Origin: Eledone cirrhosa
Taxonomy: Eukaryota
Direction of reading: 5' to 3'
Length of the DNA: 64,000 nt
NCBI GenBank assembly: GCA_964016885.1
Contig: OZ024742.1
Location: forward strand, 127,348,001 to 127,412,000
In this document: one piece after another, positions 1-13,222 of the stretch
Layout of the letters: every line of letters starts with the position of its first letter
How positions within the stretch are numbered: the first letter of the stretch is position 1
Made by a program: the position numbers and the translations under genes
Notes under the pieces: model-generated
What the model saw: the letters and a program-made list of their open reading frames with translations, nothing else
What the model was told of the DNA's origin: nothing
Databases searched by the model: none

Positions 1-167
1 GCATTTCTTATCTACAATAAGTTCATTTTCCAATCACAAGATATTGGGTTCTAACCCTACATTTGTCCCTGTAAATAATTATTTCTCCAAAATTACTCAT
101 ACATTCCATCCTGTATGTCATGTGTACATATGAGTTCTCTTGATCCACTAATATATATATGTATCTC

Positions 168-748
168 ATTACCGTTTAACATCCATTTTGCCACGCTGGC
201 ATGGGTTAGACAAGTTATCCTGTTGTGAGCAATGCCAGGTCAGGTGACAATGTCTTGTTCATACAGAACTGATTCTGGCTTGGTTTCTACAGCTGGATGC
301 CCTTCCTAGTGCCAACCTCATTTACAGTGAGTGCTGGTTTCTTTTTGCCGTGACACCTACACAACTACTTTACAGTGTGGGCTGGGTGATTTTTGTCATG
401 TCACCTACATGACCACTTTATAGTGTAGGCTGTGAGCTTTTTGATCATGTTGCAATCATGACCACTTTACAGTATAGGCTGGAGGTTTTACTTGAATACT
501 TCAGCTTGTCCACATGGGTGATGTATGGGAGCAGGTGGGGTGGGAGACTGCATAATATATATATGCTTCAGCTTCGGCCTGTGCCTGTGGGAAGTCGGAT
601 CTTATATATATTATATATATATATATATCATCATTCATCATTTCATTTTACGTCTGCTTTTTCCCTGCTTGCAGTTGGATGCCCTTCCTAACACCAACCT
701 CATTTACAGTGAGTGCTGGGTGCTTTTTTGCCGTGGCACCTCCACGAC
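168..748 (-). mobile_element. Non-autonomous repeat derived from the RTE LINE 3' UTR (two partial copies)
   Basis: Carries the motifs gtttaac-tccattt-ccacgct-gcatgggttagac and ctacagctggatgcccttcct..ccaacctcatttacagtg, matching the 3' UTR of the LINE copy at 31053-31300. Confidence 0.75.
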
Positions 749-1409
749 ACAAATATAATTTCAGCGAGATCATATTTCGGCTGTGGTAAAAAAACAAAGT
801 GAAACGCAATTTTCGAGATATGCGACAAGCGCTCAATGGACTAAAAGAAGACCAGAGCAATTAACATACATTATAGAGGCCATACAAACTGAAAACGGCA
901 GTCATGAAGCTATCAGCCACCGGAGCCAAAAAACAAAGCAAGCTAAACAGGTTAAACAAAAGAATTTACCTGGACCTCCTGGAAATTGATGGTATAATCC
1001 AGTGGGAGGTTTCTGTGACACCTAAATCAATTATATTGCCTGCTTTCATTGTAAGCTTTTGGTATAACGATCGAACAAGGCTGCCATTTCTTCAACAAGT
1101 ATTTTGTTCTCAGCCGGCGAGCGGGTTCCAATGCATTAGTAGTGTTGGAGTGATTACCCCACGTGTTTACCCTGCTAGGGAGGTAACCCCGGTTTTGGCG
1201 GATGGATTCAGAATGTGTAAAATTATTGCAAGAATTGCAAAAAACTGCTCAAATCGAATTAAGCTCTCGACCGGGTTGTTTTTAAATAAACTTAAGCAAT
1301 TAATCAGTCAATAGAATTGTCTAATAGAATTAACAAATTAATTGCTAGGCCCGGGAGATTAATACAAATATAATTTCAGCGAGATCGTATTTCAGCTGTG
1401 GTCAAAAAC
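749..1409. repeat. Unclassified ~615-bp unit with a ~45-bp terminal direct repeat (pseudo-LTR-like)
   Basis: acaaatataatttcagcgagatc(a/g)tatttc(g/a)gctgtggt-aaaaac occurs at ~749 and ~1364. Confidence 0.5.
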
Positions 1410-1418
1410 TAATATATA

Positions 1419-1862
1419 TGTACAGCCACCGGAAATAACATGTCCTTACCAGTGAAATAAACAATTCTTCTATCTGCTTATGTAGCTACCTCACCCCAGT
1501 GAAACAAACAACCCTTAAGCCACCAAAATAAAACGCCTACGCAGCGGCTAAACATCAAACAATTATTTTTGTATAAATAGAGTGGTTCCAAACACTTTCG
1601 CCAGTCGACTTTTGACAGAGTCAGCTAGCATATCGTTGTTCCTCTCCTCTGCCACACCTGTCACTCACACACACCTTGTACCTCTGTATCGTCGCTTCAT
1701 GTATGAAAATAAATAGCTGACCGAAACTACATCTCTCGCCTTGATCGTCCTTTCAACTTCTTTCGTCTGTTCATCCTTATTGTATGCGATAACAGTCCTT
1801 TTAAGGGCTATTCTCAGATTCGATCAGAAGTAGTGACCAGACTCACTAACCACGTCATTACA
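1419..1862 (+). mobile_element. Solo LTR of an LTR retrotransposon
   Basis: TGTA...TACA termini, TATA flanking both ends (1415-1418 and 1863-1866, a candidate TSD), internal TATA box (gtataaatag ~1571) and AATAAA (~1708). Confidence 0.65.
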
Positions 1863-2319
1863 TATATATATGTATATAAGCATTTGTGAGTGTATGAGTA
1901 TGAGTGAAATATCAGGCAGTGGAAAGGAAAAAAATAAAAGATGAGTAATAAACAAATCAACCTTCACCATCACCAATATCTAGCATGAAAACCAACACCA
2001 AAAACCACACAATGGTACCATTACCAACCCACTAATTCCTTAATGACCAACAATAGCAACAATGGTATAAACAAGAGAAGTAATTTTATCTAAAATAAAA
2101 GTCAACATAATGTGGTGCCCTAGTGTATCTTAAAAGTTGACTAAAATATCTTTAATGCTAGGTCAGCTTTAAGTGGATTAACCTGAAACTAAACAACAAT
2201 AAAATTAACAAGATCATTATGACCTCCTTCAACACACCAACTTGTGAATAACCAATGACAACAGCAATAATAATTGTTTCTAGTTTTGGCACAAGACCAG
2301 CAGTTACCCAGTGCATTAT

Positions 2320-2688
2320 GGAGGCACATGGCTTAGTGGTTAGAGCATTGGCCTTGCAATCGAAAGGTTGTGAGTTCAATTCTCAGACCGGGTGATGTGT
2401 TGTTTCCTTGAGCAAGACACTTTATTTCACATTGCTCCAGTTTACTCAGCTGTAGAAATGAGATGATAGGGACTGGGGTCCATATCATTCCACTGCAAAG
2501 TGGTCGTGGAGGTGCCACGGCAAAAAAGCACCCAGCACTCACTGTAAATGAGGTTGGTGTTAGGAAGGGCATCCAGCTGTAGAAATCAAGTCAGCATCAG
2601 TTCCCGTCCCACCCTTGCAAGTAGGGAAAAAGCGGACGTAAAATGAAATGAAATGAAATGAAATGAAATGAAATGAAATGAAATGAAA
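2320..2688 (+). mobile_element. tRNA-derived SINE with CORE-like central domain, RTE-derived 3' end and (GAAAT)n tail
   Basis: A box tggcttagtgg, B box gagttcaattc, ccttgagcaagacactt domain, LINE 3'-UTR motif ggttggtgttaggaagggcatccagctgtagaaa, (aaatg)n tail; flanked by atta, splitting a - strand SINE of the other family. Confidence 0.8.
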
Positions 2689-2869
2689 ATTACTGGTACT
2701 TTATTTTATCGACCCCATAAGGCAAAGTTCAGCAAGATAGCAGTGCCTCTGTAGCTTATATATGTTGAATGTTAACAATATAGGACCTGTTTTTTAGAGT
2801 TTTTGTTTATTTTTTGTTGTTATATACTTTATAACAGGATAGGCAGTGGGCTGTATAGGATATGGTTCA

Positions 2870-2976
2870 TCCCGCCGAGGTTAACTTTGCCTTTCATCCT
2901 TACGGGGTCGATAAAATAAAGTACCAGTAATACACTGGGTAATTGCTGGCCTTGTGCCAAAAGTAGAAACAATTAT
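2870..2976 (+). mobile_element. SINE fragment (Meta-domain-like family)
   Basis: ttaactttgcctttcatccttacggggtcgataaaataaagtaccag...ggccttgtgcc, shared with 11490-11675. Confidence 0.75.
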
Positions 2977-3169
2977 AAGGCATGCCACATAACTAAAAAA
3001 AGTATAGACAATTTTGGAATTTGGCATGCCATTTGAAAGCTAAAAGGGTCGCACGCACAGTTTATCCATGACTGCTCAATAACTTTATTCGTTTTATGGT
3101 TTCAGTAATCAAATTTAAGATCTTGACTTGGAAATGAGCCAACCTGGTAATCCTGCAGTTTCTAATAGT

Positions 3170-3375
3170 TTCTCATTTAGGCACAAGGCCAGCAATGTTG
3201 GCGAAGGGAAAGTTGATGAAATCGACCCCAGTGCGTGACTGGTACTTTATTTTATTGACCCCATAAGAATGTAAGACAAAGCTAACCTCAGCAGGATTTG
3301 AATTCAGAACGTAAAGGGCTGTAACTCTATCCTGCAAAGCATAATGTCTAATGCTCTACCAATACTGCCAATCCC
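3170..3375 (-). mobile_element. SINE (same Meta-domain-like family)
   Basis: Reverse complement of the ggccttgtgcc / ggggtcgataaaataaagtaccag / B-box segments. Confidence 0.65.
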
Positions 3376-5009
3376 CCGAGATCAATATAGGAGTTGAGCA
3401 GTACAAAGATATGATGTGCTATAAACATCAAACATATTGGATAAGTTTTTACTTTTCAAGCAGATGTTGATAATGATGATGAACTATAAGATAGAAGATA
3501 GTCTCTTATCCTCTTAGTAACTTCCATTACACCAATCAACATCTCCGATGAGAATGTAGCCTAATACTATATTAAGATTCCTGTATATTCCCCAAATGTT
3601 TTTTTTTTATGTATACATACTATACTGTGTGTGTGTTAAAAAATTGTTATTTTCATACATAAAAGTGGTTGTATTGTTTTTTTTATGTTTTTGTAATTTG
3701 ATTATTTTTTCATTATCATCATCATTTTTACGTCCATTTTTCCATGCCTGCATGGGTTGGACAGGTCTTTTCAGCACAACAACTCTCTACATTCCTTCAT
3801 TTCCTCTGTGACTCTCAGCAATTTGAGATCAGCTTCCACCACTTCTGCTGAAGTCTTTTTTGGTCTACCTCTACTGTAGTTTCCTTTTCTGCCAGAATGA
3901 ATCTCACTTTATAAACATAAAATTAGGTTTTACATTCTAGCAAGATTTTCAGAAACATGTTACCTCTATGATAAGGAAGTGTGTGTATGTGTGCGTGTGT
4001 GTGTGTGTGGGGGGGGGGGGGTGATCCTTATACTGGCTAGCTTCAAATTGTCCTCTTTCTATTCCTTTATTATCTAGGTGCACACATTTGTGTGTTTGAC
4101 ACCCACTAAGATTGACTTCGTCTTTATTAAGCAATCATATATGAAAATTGAAATAACTACATTTTAAGTATTAAATTGAATGCAGTCTGGATTGAATCAC
4201 AGTTACCTTTTCATTCCTTTTTTTTCATTTCATTTATATTATGAAATTATTTAATGCAGCCCCTGAGTGTAGTGTGTTTTAGTTAAATATTTTATCCTCT
4301 GTGCATATAACTTATCACACCTTACTTGCAATTCTATTGAATTTTGTCATAGCTAATGCTAGTATTGAAAAAATGGACGTTAAATGGTGATGATGATGAT
4401 TTATATGGCAGGGGTAAGTGAAAACATTTGATATTGTATATGACATCCACACAATCCTAATATCATTTCTTTGTTAGTAATTTACCTCTTAAAACTCAAG
4501 TCTCTACTCATTTTAAAAAGTTCTTTAAGTATTAAAATATTTCAAGAAAAACAATAATCTATAATGTTCAATCAGTTTCAAATTCGTTAATTTAAATTTG
4601 TATTTTCACTTTAAATGCATGAATTAGCTATATGGTATTTACACAATTAAATTATTATGTATAATGTTCATATAGAATGTGTTATTTATCTGTAGCACAG
4701 CACATTAGACACCTGAATGCTATAAACAGTTTAGAAAACATGAATTTCTTACATGAGTGCTCACTTGTCAAGAGAATTACAATAGTTTTCTATTAAACCA
4801 AATATGCTTTCATTAAGAACAATTCTGGTACATTTACAGCTACATTCCAATCTAAGCAACACCAAGTATTCTGCTAGTTGTTTTCCTTAGGGAGTAAAAA
4901 CAAAGAAAAAATGTAGTTAATGTAGAAGATGTTAAATGAACAAATTGATCATAAATCCATATCTATTAAAGGTAGAAAATATATCATAATAGAAGACAGT
5001 TAAGTGATC

Positions 5010-5600
5010 CTAAGTGATAACATACTGAAAGCCATTGATTGATTTTCTTAACAGGCTTGCAGATGACATAGTGGCAGGAGCTATAATATCTATATGACAG
5101 GCTCGAAAGAAGTGAAAGAAGCTTAGCAAAAAGAAATACCAGGAGTCTAGGCAGTTGGGAAGCTCCTTGTCAAGTTTATTTAGCCAGGAAAAAGGGTGCG
5201 AATGGGAAAGTTTGGTAATGTTCTCTTTCATGAAGATGAAATTCACTAAGTATTTTGAAATGTAAGATAGGATGTCATTAAGATGTATGTTCAAAATGAC
5301 ACTGGTAATGCTAACAGTGAAGTGTATATGAGATATTTATAAATGTGCAGTACGAATGTGGTACTGTGTCTACTTCAAGTTGTACTAAAAAAAAAAAAGA
5401 AGCAATTATGGAAGTATATGCAAAGATAGATATATTGCAGATAATAGCTGAAATGTTTCTGGATAGAAGGTGTTGGCTTAAACTCGTAGTGAGAAGGATG
5501 AAGAGAGCATTTTGTTACACCGCTGAGAGCCAAATGTCAAAAGAATGTAATTGGTGTTTTATCCAGGAGAAATATTATCTTTCATTCATTTAACACAACA
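5010..5600 (-). mobile_element. Highly decayed L2/CR1-like LINE 3' fragment
   Basis: Weak resemblance to non-LTR retrotransposon C-terminal coding sequence; many stops. Confidence 0.3.
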
Positions 5601-5689
5601 GATTACAGAAGTGAGCATTGGTGGCTTGTGGAGATATTTGTATTTATTGTTATCCTAAGGGTAAGAGCAGAATTATGTCAAACAAAATG

Positions 5690-5860
5690 CCTTGTGGCAA
5701 TTAGTAAAGGCTCTATACTCTGAGTTGAATTCCTGCTTGGGATCAACTTTGGCTTTCATCCATCCAGGGTTGATAAAATACAGTACCAGTCAAGTACTGT
5801 ATTTGATCAATCTAATCGACTTTCCCTGCAACCTAAATTGCTGGCCTTGTGCCTGGATTA
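5690..5860 (+). mobile_element. SINE (Meta-domain-like family), diverged
   Basis: B-box-like ctgagttgaattcc, then ggctttcatc..ggggttgataaaatacagtaccag..ctggccttgtgcc. Confidence 0.6.
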
Positions 5861-6831
5861 AGTCATTGTAATCATAACTAACAGTAAAGCCCGGTGTTGC
5901 TCGGGGTCGCTCAGTAGCTGTGTTAAGTTACAATATTAAGTTTCTTTCTTGGCTTAAAAACTGTAGAGTCTACAGTGTAGACTTTCATGTGATACTTTTG
6001 ATTAATATTCCCTCAACCAACAGTATGCCTTATGAAGTTAAGGAAACATAACCATAACCCGAATGTTAAAACAAAAGAGGATGCTGGGGATAAAAACTGC
6101 ACTGGTAATCTATTAACAAAAATCGAAAATGTAAACACTGCAACACTTGTATCAGAGAAAAACATCAGCGTAACCAAACTATCAGTTATTTTGAAACAAA
6201 GAAATTGGATGGACATGAAAAAAAAAAAAAAATGCGTTATCCGAAGTCGAGCATCAAAGAGGTTTGCACCTGTGATAAAAAATATTGACAATGTAATAGC
6301 GTAGATGTTTAAGTATAAACTATGAAGAGCTCATATCATACCCATGGTGAGTTTGATGGGCAGATTATAGACAGCCACAGCATGCGAAATGGACAGCTGC
6401 AGCAAAAGCCATATTCACCAAAAAGAATCGCTGAAATCAACAAAACAGAAATGCTGCTTCTATTGCATCTTCACATGCAATTGAGAATGATGATGAAAGT
6501 TTACTTCGACGCACCAGAAATGCTGTTGTTGCGTATTGTCTAGGTCGGAATGCATTTTGAAATAATGAAAGAAATGACAGGAACAATCTTTGTATGCATG
6601 CGCCAAGTTGTGTGTGTCTCTGTATTAAACGCCGGACTTGTCAGCGACTGGAGGGGCGTCCTTAACAATCGAAAGCATCGATTTCAGAGTCCGCTTTGAT
6701 TGGCGAGCAATGCTGGTCCTTAGAGGCCTAGGTGTCAATAGAATGCACTGCATCGATGTTGAATACAGGTTTTGTAGATGCTATATATTTAAGGCAGTCG
6801 GTGTAACAATGCCGTTTTGAACCAAAAAACC

Positions 6832-9140
6832 CTATAAAACCTCACGGTATACAATATTCTTTGTTTTTCCGTTTGGAGCAAAATCAAAGAGGTTGTTCCG
6901 GCTGCCAACTCGAGAACATCCAACATAGAATTGTCCATGTGAAAAACATGGCTCCTCCAGGTGAAGGCCTGCCACAGATAAAGTCTGACCCTGGGACTTG
7001 TTGGTGGACATAGCAAAGACAGCACGAAGGGGAAATTGGGTTCTTTTAAAAGAATAGGGTGCATCCACTCCTGGTGTAGTAAGAGTTACCGTAGGTATTA
7101 AAACATCTCCTTTTCCACACCCCGACATATTCGTAGCATAAATAATGTGCTGTGACATCCTATTGACAACAAGGCGTGTACTATTGCAAAGCTTGGGAGG
7201 GGTTATATTTCTGAGAAGTATAACTGGACATCCTTCCTTGAGAGACAAAATATGTTGAGGTAGACCGGGAATATCCAATGAGGAATTCAATGGGATAATT
7301 GACCGCATCATGTGCATCAACATTGGTATCAATAGACTTAAAAGTCTTATCATTTCCAGGATGACTTTCAAGCATTTGGCGATTAATGGCGGAGACAGTG
7401 ACATTTGTAGGAGCTAATATAGCCCTCTCACACAGCCATGCATGATTGCGGTAATTATCTGCCAAGTTGGGAAAAACGGCTGCCTTGAGATCTTCGACAG
7501 TGTTAACCAGACAGCATATATTGTCGAGTGCAATGTCTCCGTGCACATCTGAAGGTACTTTGCCGTTGCCAAGAATGAGAAGGTCTTCAGCAAATTTTTC
7601 AGACACAGTATCGCCATACAGTTGAACACACATGTTAGTGGTCAGATGAAGTGTTATTACCTGTTGCCAAATGGAGAAGACTTGATCCGTTCTAGTGCCC
7701 TTTGGAATAACCGGCAAAGTTTGTCAAAAGTCCCCTGAAAGCAAAAGAGTTACACCCCCTCCCCTGGTCTCCTGATGGTCTCTAATATCTTTCAGTGTTC
7801 TAAGGCCTCAATAGCTCCTTTGTGAGCCATGGTGCATTCATTCCACACAATCAGTTGGCACCGTCGTACCAGTTCTGCTCTCGGACTATCCTTGGTGATG
7901 TCGCAGAGCGGTGTTTCTGCTGATACCAAGTTAAGCGGAAGCTTAAAGGTAGAGTGTGCTGTCTTGTTGCCAGGAAGTAGTGTTGCTGCAATACCGGATG
8001 ATGCAACGGCTATTACGATAACTTCATTCTGTCTAACTTTGGCAAAAAGAAGTTTGGTAACAAAGGTTTTTCCAGTGCCTCCAGGGGCATCAAGAAAGAA
8101 GATACCACCCCATCGATGAAATACATAGTCGGTGATAGTGTTGTATGCAAATTGCTGATCAGGAAGTAGTTTTGGTTCCATTTCAAACACATATCTAGCT
8201 AGAGTGTCGACATCATAAGATGTTTCTTGGATGATGAGAATTTGAATTTTATTAGAATCAGTGCGGTGGTTTTGTGGCAGACCGTATGCTGGCAAGGCAT
8301 TCCCACCCATAAGGAAAATCCTGTCCTCTATATCTATAAGCCCTTTATTGTATAAATCATCACTGAAATCTACTTCTATGTCAGGAAGTAGTAGTTGAGC
8401 CTGGTGCAGGAAGTCCTCAGAGAGTTGGTTCCGAAACTTCAACATAATGTGTAGGGATCACAAATGTTACATAAGTGAAGAAGCTTTGCAAAGAGCTCTC
8501 GTAGGCTTCCAGCTGAGTGTGATGAAGTGATCTCCGCCAAGGTTGCATCCCATCGTGAGTCATCTTCAAGCATTCCACGAGCCAAACAGGCATCTCTGTA
8601 TGTAGACCAAACACGATTACCATAAGTTCTGAGGTCCTGAAAACTGGTCCGTCCTTTGACCTCATGCAGTAGCGTTCGAAGATAGAAGCACTCGTGTTGA
8701 TTTGGAGGAATCGTATACACTCGGCCCGAAGCAATTAGTGAATTTGATCCCGGGAACTCCAATAACTGGTTGGCCAGTCTTTCTGTGACTCCATGTTTTT
8801 TTATTCCATGTGTAGTATGATGGCACCTGAGGATACAGCAATGATTTTGTGAAGTCATCGTATTCGCACAGTTTGAAAAATCCAGTTAAAGTTGTCTCCC
8901 TTGGGGTCTGCGTCAATTCAGCGGCATTTTTGTTGGTATAGTACATCCGTTGACCGTGTTCTAGGTGTACATCTAATTTTACAATTGAAGGGTGCCTATC
9001 CTGTATTGGAAAACCGAAGATTCGCCAAAAGGCCTCGCTACTACTTGGAATTGCATTACTTCGTCTCTATTGTTTTCATTGAGTATACCGAACGAAGCAA
9101 CGTCAGAACCCTTATTAACATACTTACATATGTATTTAAT
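6832..9140 (-). pseudogene. Helitron RepHel (HUH Rep C-terminus plus PIF1-family SF1B helicase), frameshifted
   Basis: Rep motif KYICKYVNKG, Walker A DAPGGTGKT, SSGIAATLL..TAHSTFKLP, QFPLRAVFAMSTNKSQGQTL, HGQFYVGCSRV, spread across several frames. Confidence 0.92.
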
Positions 9141-9154
9141 GCACTTGACTGTCT

Positions 9155-9530
9155 GTCTGCACAAATTCATCGCCTATATCAACACTCTGCACGACTGTCT
9201 GCCAGCACAACTTTATCGCCTATATCACCTCTCTGCACGACTGTCTGTTGCACAAATTTATCGCCTATCACCTCTCTGCATGACTGTGTCTGCACGACTT
9301 TATCTCCTATATCACTTCTCTGCATGACTGTCTGTCTGCATGCCTCCATCGTCTATCAGCCCGACTGTCTATCTGCACAACTTTATCGCCTATATCACCT
9401 CTCTGCACAACTTTATCGCTTATATCACCTCTCTGCACAACTTTATCGCCTATATCACCTCTCTGCACAACTTTATCGCTTATATCACCTCTCTGCACAA
9501 CTTTATCGCCTATATCACCTCTCTGAATGA
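9155..9530. repeat. 30-bp minisatellite inside the Helitron
   Basis: (ctctgcacaactttatcgcctatatcacct)n, about 5 near-perfect units plus degenerate upstream units. Confidence 0.9.
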
Positions 9531-11489
9531 CTGTCGTTTAAAATCATTGCTTCTAAATGAAAATCTCATAAGGCTTTATTCGAGATCAATGCTTTTTTTA
9601 CAAAATATTTGCTTGTTTTACGGTGTATTCAAATAAGCTTGTTTTCAAGTAAAAATATTGTTTTGAAAGACTTTTTAATGGAAATGAAGCAAAATGGAAG
9701 CTTAATGTTGAAACTTCGAACTCATGAATTTTGCTGGTCCGAAAACTGTTCGCGTATTTTTGTACTTTTGCAGGCGTCGTTTATTCGTAACGTAAATAGG
9801 TAAACAGAATGACGCTATAAAAGGGAAATAACTCGTCTCTCATCTCTATTTATACATTTGAACTGAAAAATCAATACATTACAAATTCGATTTTTGCACT
9901 TGGCGTGGGTCAATTTGAACATTTTTTTGACCGATATCCCCGCCGGACCTTCATCTATAAGTGTAGCAATTTCACCGAAATTTGAACGTACGGTTTAGGA
10001 GGAGATGTGTGCCGACCGTTTTAGTAGACAGACAGACAACCTGTTTTATATATATAGATAAGTTTTCGTGGTTAGTCCAGCCCCCTTTTGTGGAACACTT
10101 TAAAAGGAATGCTTGCTGGGGACAGCAAAAACCCTCTGATATGTCCTGCATATCTGAAGCTGCAGGTAGTGGCTTGATGTTAATTTGAACAAACTTTCCA
10201 GTTAAATAACATCAATGACTGAGGCTCCAAGAAAATAATAATAATGATAATGGTGGAAATATTATATCTGGTTATAATACAGCTTGAGTATAATATGACC
10301 CGTTTCTGAAACTAAAAACAAGAATAAATTCCTCAACACTTTTTAAGCAACTAATTTTATATATCCAGTCATAGAAACCATGCCAAAATGATGATATATG
10401 TCATCCTCATCATTATTTTTATGCCAGCTTTAAATACTAGATTGGATGAGACAGTTTTGATTGGGAGTTACTGCTCTCTTAGATGAGTCAAGGACCATGA
10501 TTTGCTTGCACATTCCATTTTTTTTACATGGTTTCTACAGTTGAAAAGCTTTACAAGCACTAGCCCCTCAACTGAGGAAAACATATGCTCATATTTAAAA
10601 ATTGCACATTTTAATACATCATCACATAGAATCATTAAGTTGTTGGTGAGCCAATTCCATTACCTTGTTGGAACCATCTATTTCTTTCCTCGTGTCACTA
10701 ATGCCTTTCCTAAAAGCATGAAATATATATTAAGCCTCATTTCCATCCAGGAAATAGTTTCAAAATATCTTTGTCAAAGATATTATAATATTATAGAAAA
10801 TCACATCTAGGACCTTAAGCTTTAAATAACCAAGTGAACACAAGTTTTATTTGGAGGCAGATAATTACAAAATACAAAAACTATATTAGATTGTATTTAG
10901 GAAGTCTTAAAGTCGAATGTATATTAGTCAAGAGCTATTATTTTAGCAGTATGAAATACATCTCACTATATATAAAATATTATTCAATTTGCATCCTAGA
11001 ATACATCTTTTTGAAAAATAACAGTAGTTTTAATCTGTTGTTCATTTTAACACCATACCAAAGTCCTCTGTTGCAAACATTTAGACCCGGTTTTAAGTTT
11101 GTTTTCTCTCTTGGTCTCATAAATCCTGCAAAAAAGGTCATGATCTTCTGACTAATATTAAAGATATAAATTTAATTGGCAAGTTTTTCAACTAATAACG
11201 ATCTTGACCCACAATCAAGTTATGCCTGAATAATCTCAGTACATTTAAACATTTACAAGCAATACCCACTCCTGTTTAAAATGATGTAATGCCACCCACA
11301 ACTGTCAATTCATCAACAACAATTTTCTACTGCTCTCCCTAAATTCCAAAATTAAATATTTCCTGTGGTCAACTTTTCCTTAAATTGCATTTGTGAAGTA
11401 GTTCAATCAGACTACAGTTGATAAAATATATAACTGACATCCTCTATAAATGTGTCTTTGTAGTAATATAAAATCATTATTTATTGAAA

Positions 11490-11675
11490 GGCGGTGGATT
11501 GGCAGTATCGGTTGAGGGTCGGACGCCATGCTTTGACGCATAGAGTTATAGCCCTTTCCATTCTGAGTTCAAATCCCGCCAAGGTTAACTTTGCCTTTCA
11601 TCCTTACGGGGTCGATAAAATAAAGTACCAGTAATGTACTGGGTAATTGCTGGCCTTGTGCCAAAGGTAGAAACA
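11490..11675 (+). mobile_element. Full-length tRNA-derived SINE (Meta-domain-like) with target-site duplication
   Basis: A box tggcagtatcgg, B box gagttcaaatccc, gcctttcatccttacggggtcgataaa core; direct repeat attatttattgaaaggc at 11476-11492 and 11676-11692. Confidence 0.85.
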
Positions 11676-12749
11676 ATTATTTATTGAAAGGCAGAAACTG
11701 TAGAACACTTTACAGTAAGTATTTCTACATTCTGAAGACAAAATAAATATCAGTAATTTTTTATCATTATCATCACATTTGAATTACAAAAATAATCTAA
11801 AATCACAAAACTTTCAGTTTGTTCGTTTTTAATTTCAAAATAAATAATAAAAATGCAAAGATGTACAAAGGCATTTGCTGTTGAAAAAGAAAAACATTAT
11901 TCAATAGCAATATAAAACCAACAAGGTTTTAGTAGTAAAAATAACATGCTTTGTCTTTTAAGATTACCAAAAGCTTGCAAAGAATTGAGTACAATAAAAA
12001 TATGAAATAAATTTATATTCAACAAATGGATTTCCATTAAATCAAATCAATAAGATGAGGTTCATCAACTTGTTAATACAATAAATAAATAAAAAACCTG
12101 AGTTCAAAGATGATGTATATTGGCAAAAATTATTTAACGAAGTTTGTATGTTATGAAGAGGTAAGAATTTAAAAATCCGTATTCAAACATTTCCTTTCTT
12201 CGACGATGGACTTTACTCTAAATATCTGGATTTGAACAATTATTTCTTTTTTTTAAAACAAGACAATTGTTTTTCTTTTGATGAGCTTTACTAAATGGAT
12301 TCAAATATATTGTTTTTCTTTGACAATGGGCTTTACTCAAAACTTCACATAGCATACACACTTATCTAAATTTGTTAATACATTAAACCAACCTCTGCTA
12401 TCTGAAGTATTAGGTCCTCGTGTTTACAGCATGCTGAACATAGATGGGATGGTCATGGATAAAATGTTCCCTGGATGACAAAACTTTCACTTTAACAAAT
12501 TAGATTTATAAGTTAATATGTTAAATAAGTTTACTCATAGTAATTAATGATACCTTTATTTATAATAATAATAATTTTATTTCTTTATAACTCATAGTGA
12601 TTAGTGTTTAGAATTGAATGGTTTTTCATCTTACCAGGTAAAGTGAAATATGTACTAAAATAAAACAACAGGTCAAACATTTGAAATGATTTTCAGCCCA
12701 CACCTAACTGTTTTATGTATTTACTTCTTTTCTGAAATTATCATTCTAA

Positions 12750-13080
12750 ACTTCTTCGGAGGGTCATAGGGGCAGAGTCTTTAAGCACACCTTCCAGCAG
12801 GTCCTGTCAGAAGTAACCATCTCCAACTGATCTGGCTGGATCCTCAAGCGAGACCAGCCGAGCTCATGGATGTTATCCGAGCATATTGCTTGGGGTTTGC
12901 CTTGGGTCTCCCGCCGTTTGGTTTTGCCCGTAAAATCTGTCCAGCGATTTTTTTCCCCCGAGAAATTTTAACATGTCCATAATATCGGAGCTGTGATCTC
13001 TAAACTTACTTAGATAATAACTCAGAAATATTACTTTTGGAGAGATTTATTAAAAACCACGCAACGCCGACTTGTTTGTG
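12750..13080 (-). mobile_element. Old RTE-clade LINE 3' fragment
   Basis: Degenerate C-terminal coding (LRYYGHV...GRPK...DR..W) on the - strand. Confidence 0.45.
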
Positions 13081-13123
13081 ATTAAGCTTCAGGTCAGTCC
13101 TGATTGAGATCTATTATGTACGA

Positions 13124-13222
13124 AGTTAACTTTGCCTTTCATCCTTACGGGGTCGATAAAATAAAGTACCAGTAATGTACTGGATTATTGCTGCTGGCCT
13201 TGTGCCAATAGTAGAAACAATT
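13124..13222 (+). mobile_element. SINE 3' fragment (Meta-domain-like family)
   Basis: Near-identical to 11584-11675. Confidence 0.75.

Larger units (their letters stand above)
5878..10058 (-). mobile_element. Helitron, decayed autonomous-derived copy
   Basis: On the - strand it starts TC (10058-10057), ends TTAG (5881-5878, CTRR-like) with subterminal hairpin cccggtgttgctcggg, sits between A and T, and contains RepHel fragments. Confidence 0.85.

Noticed and set aside
2320-2390. tRNA gene
   Set aside because: A and B boxes are present but run into a SINE body and tail with no proper cloverleaf
9155-9530. Possible CRISPR array
   Set aside because: 30-bp units are head-to-tail with no unique spacers; eukaryotic context and no cas genes
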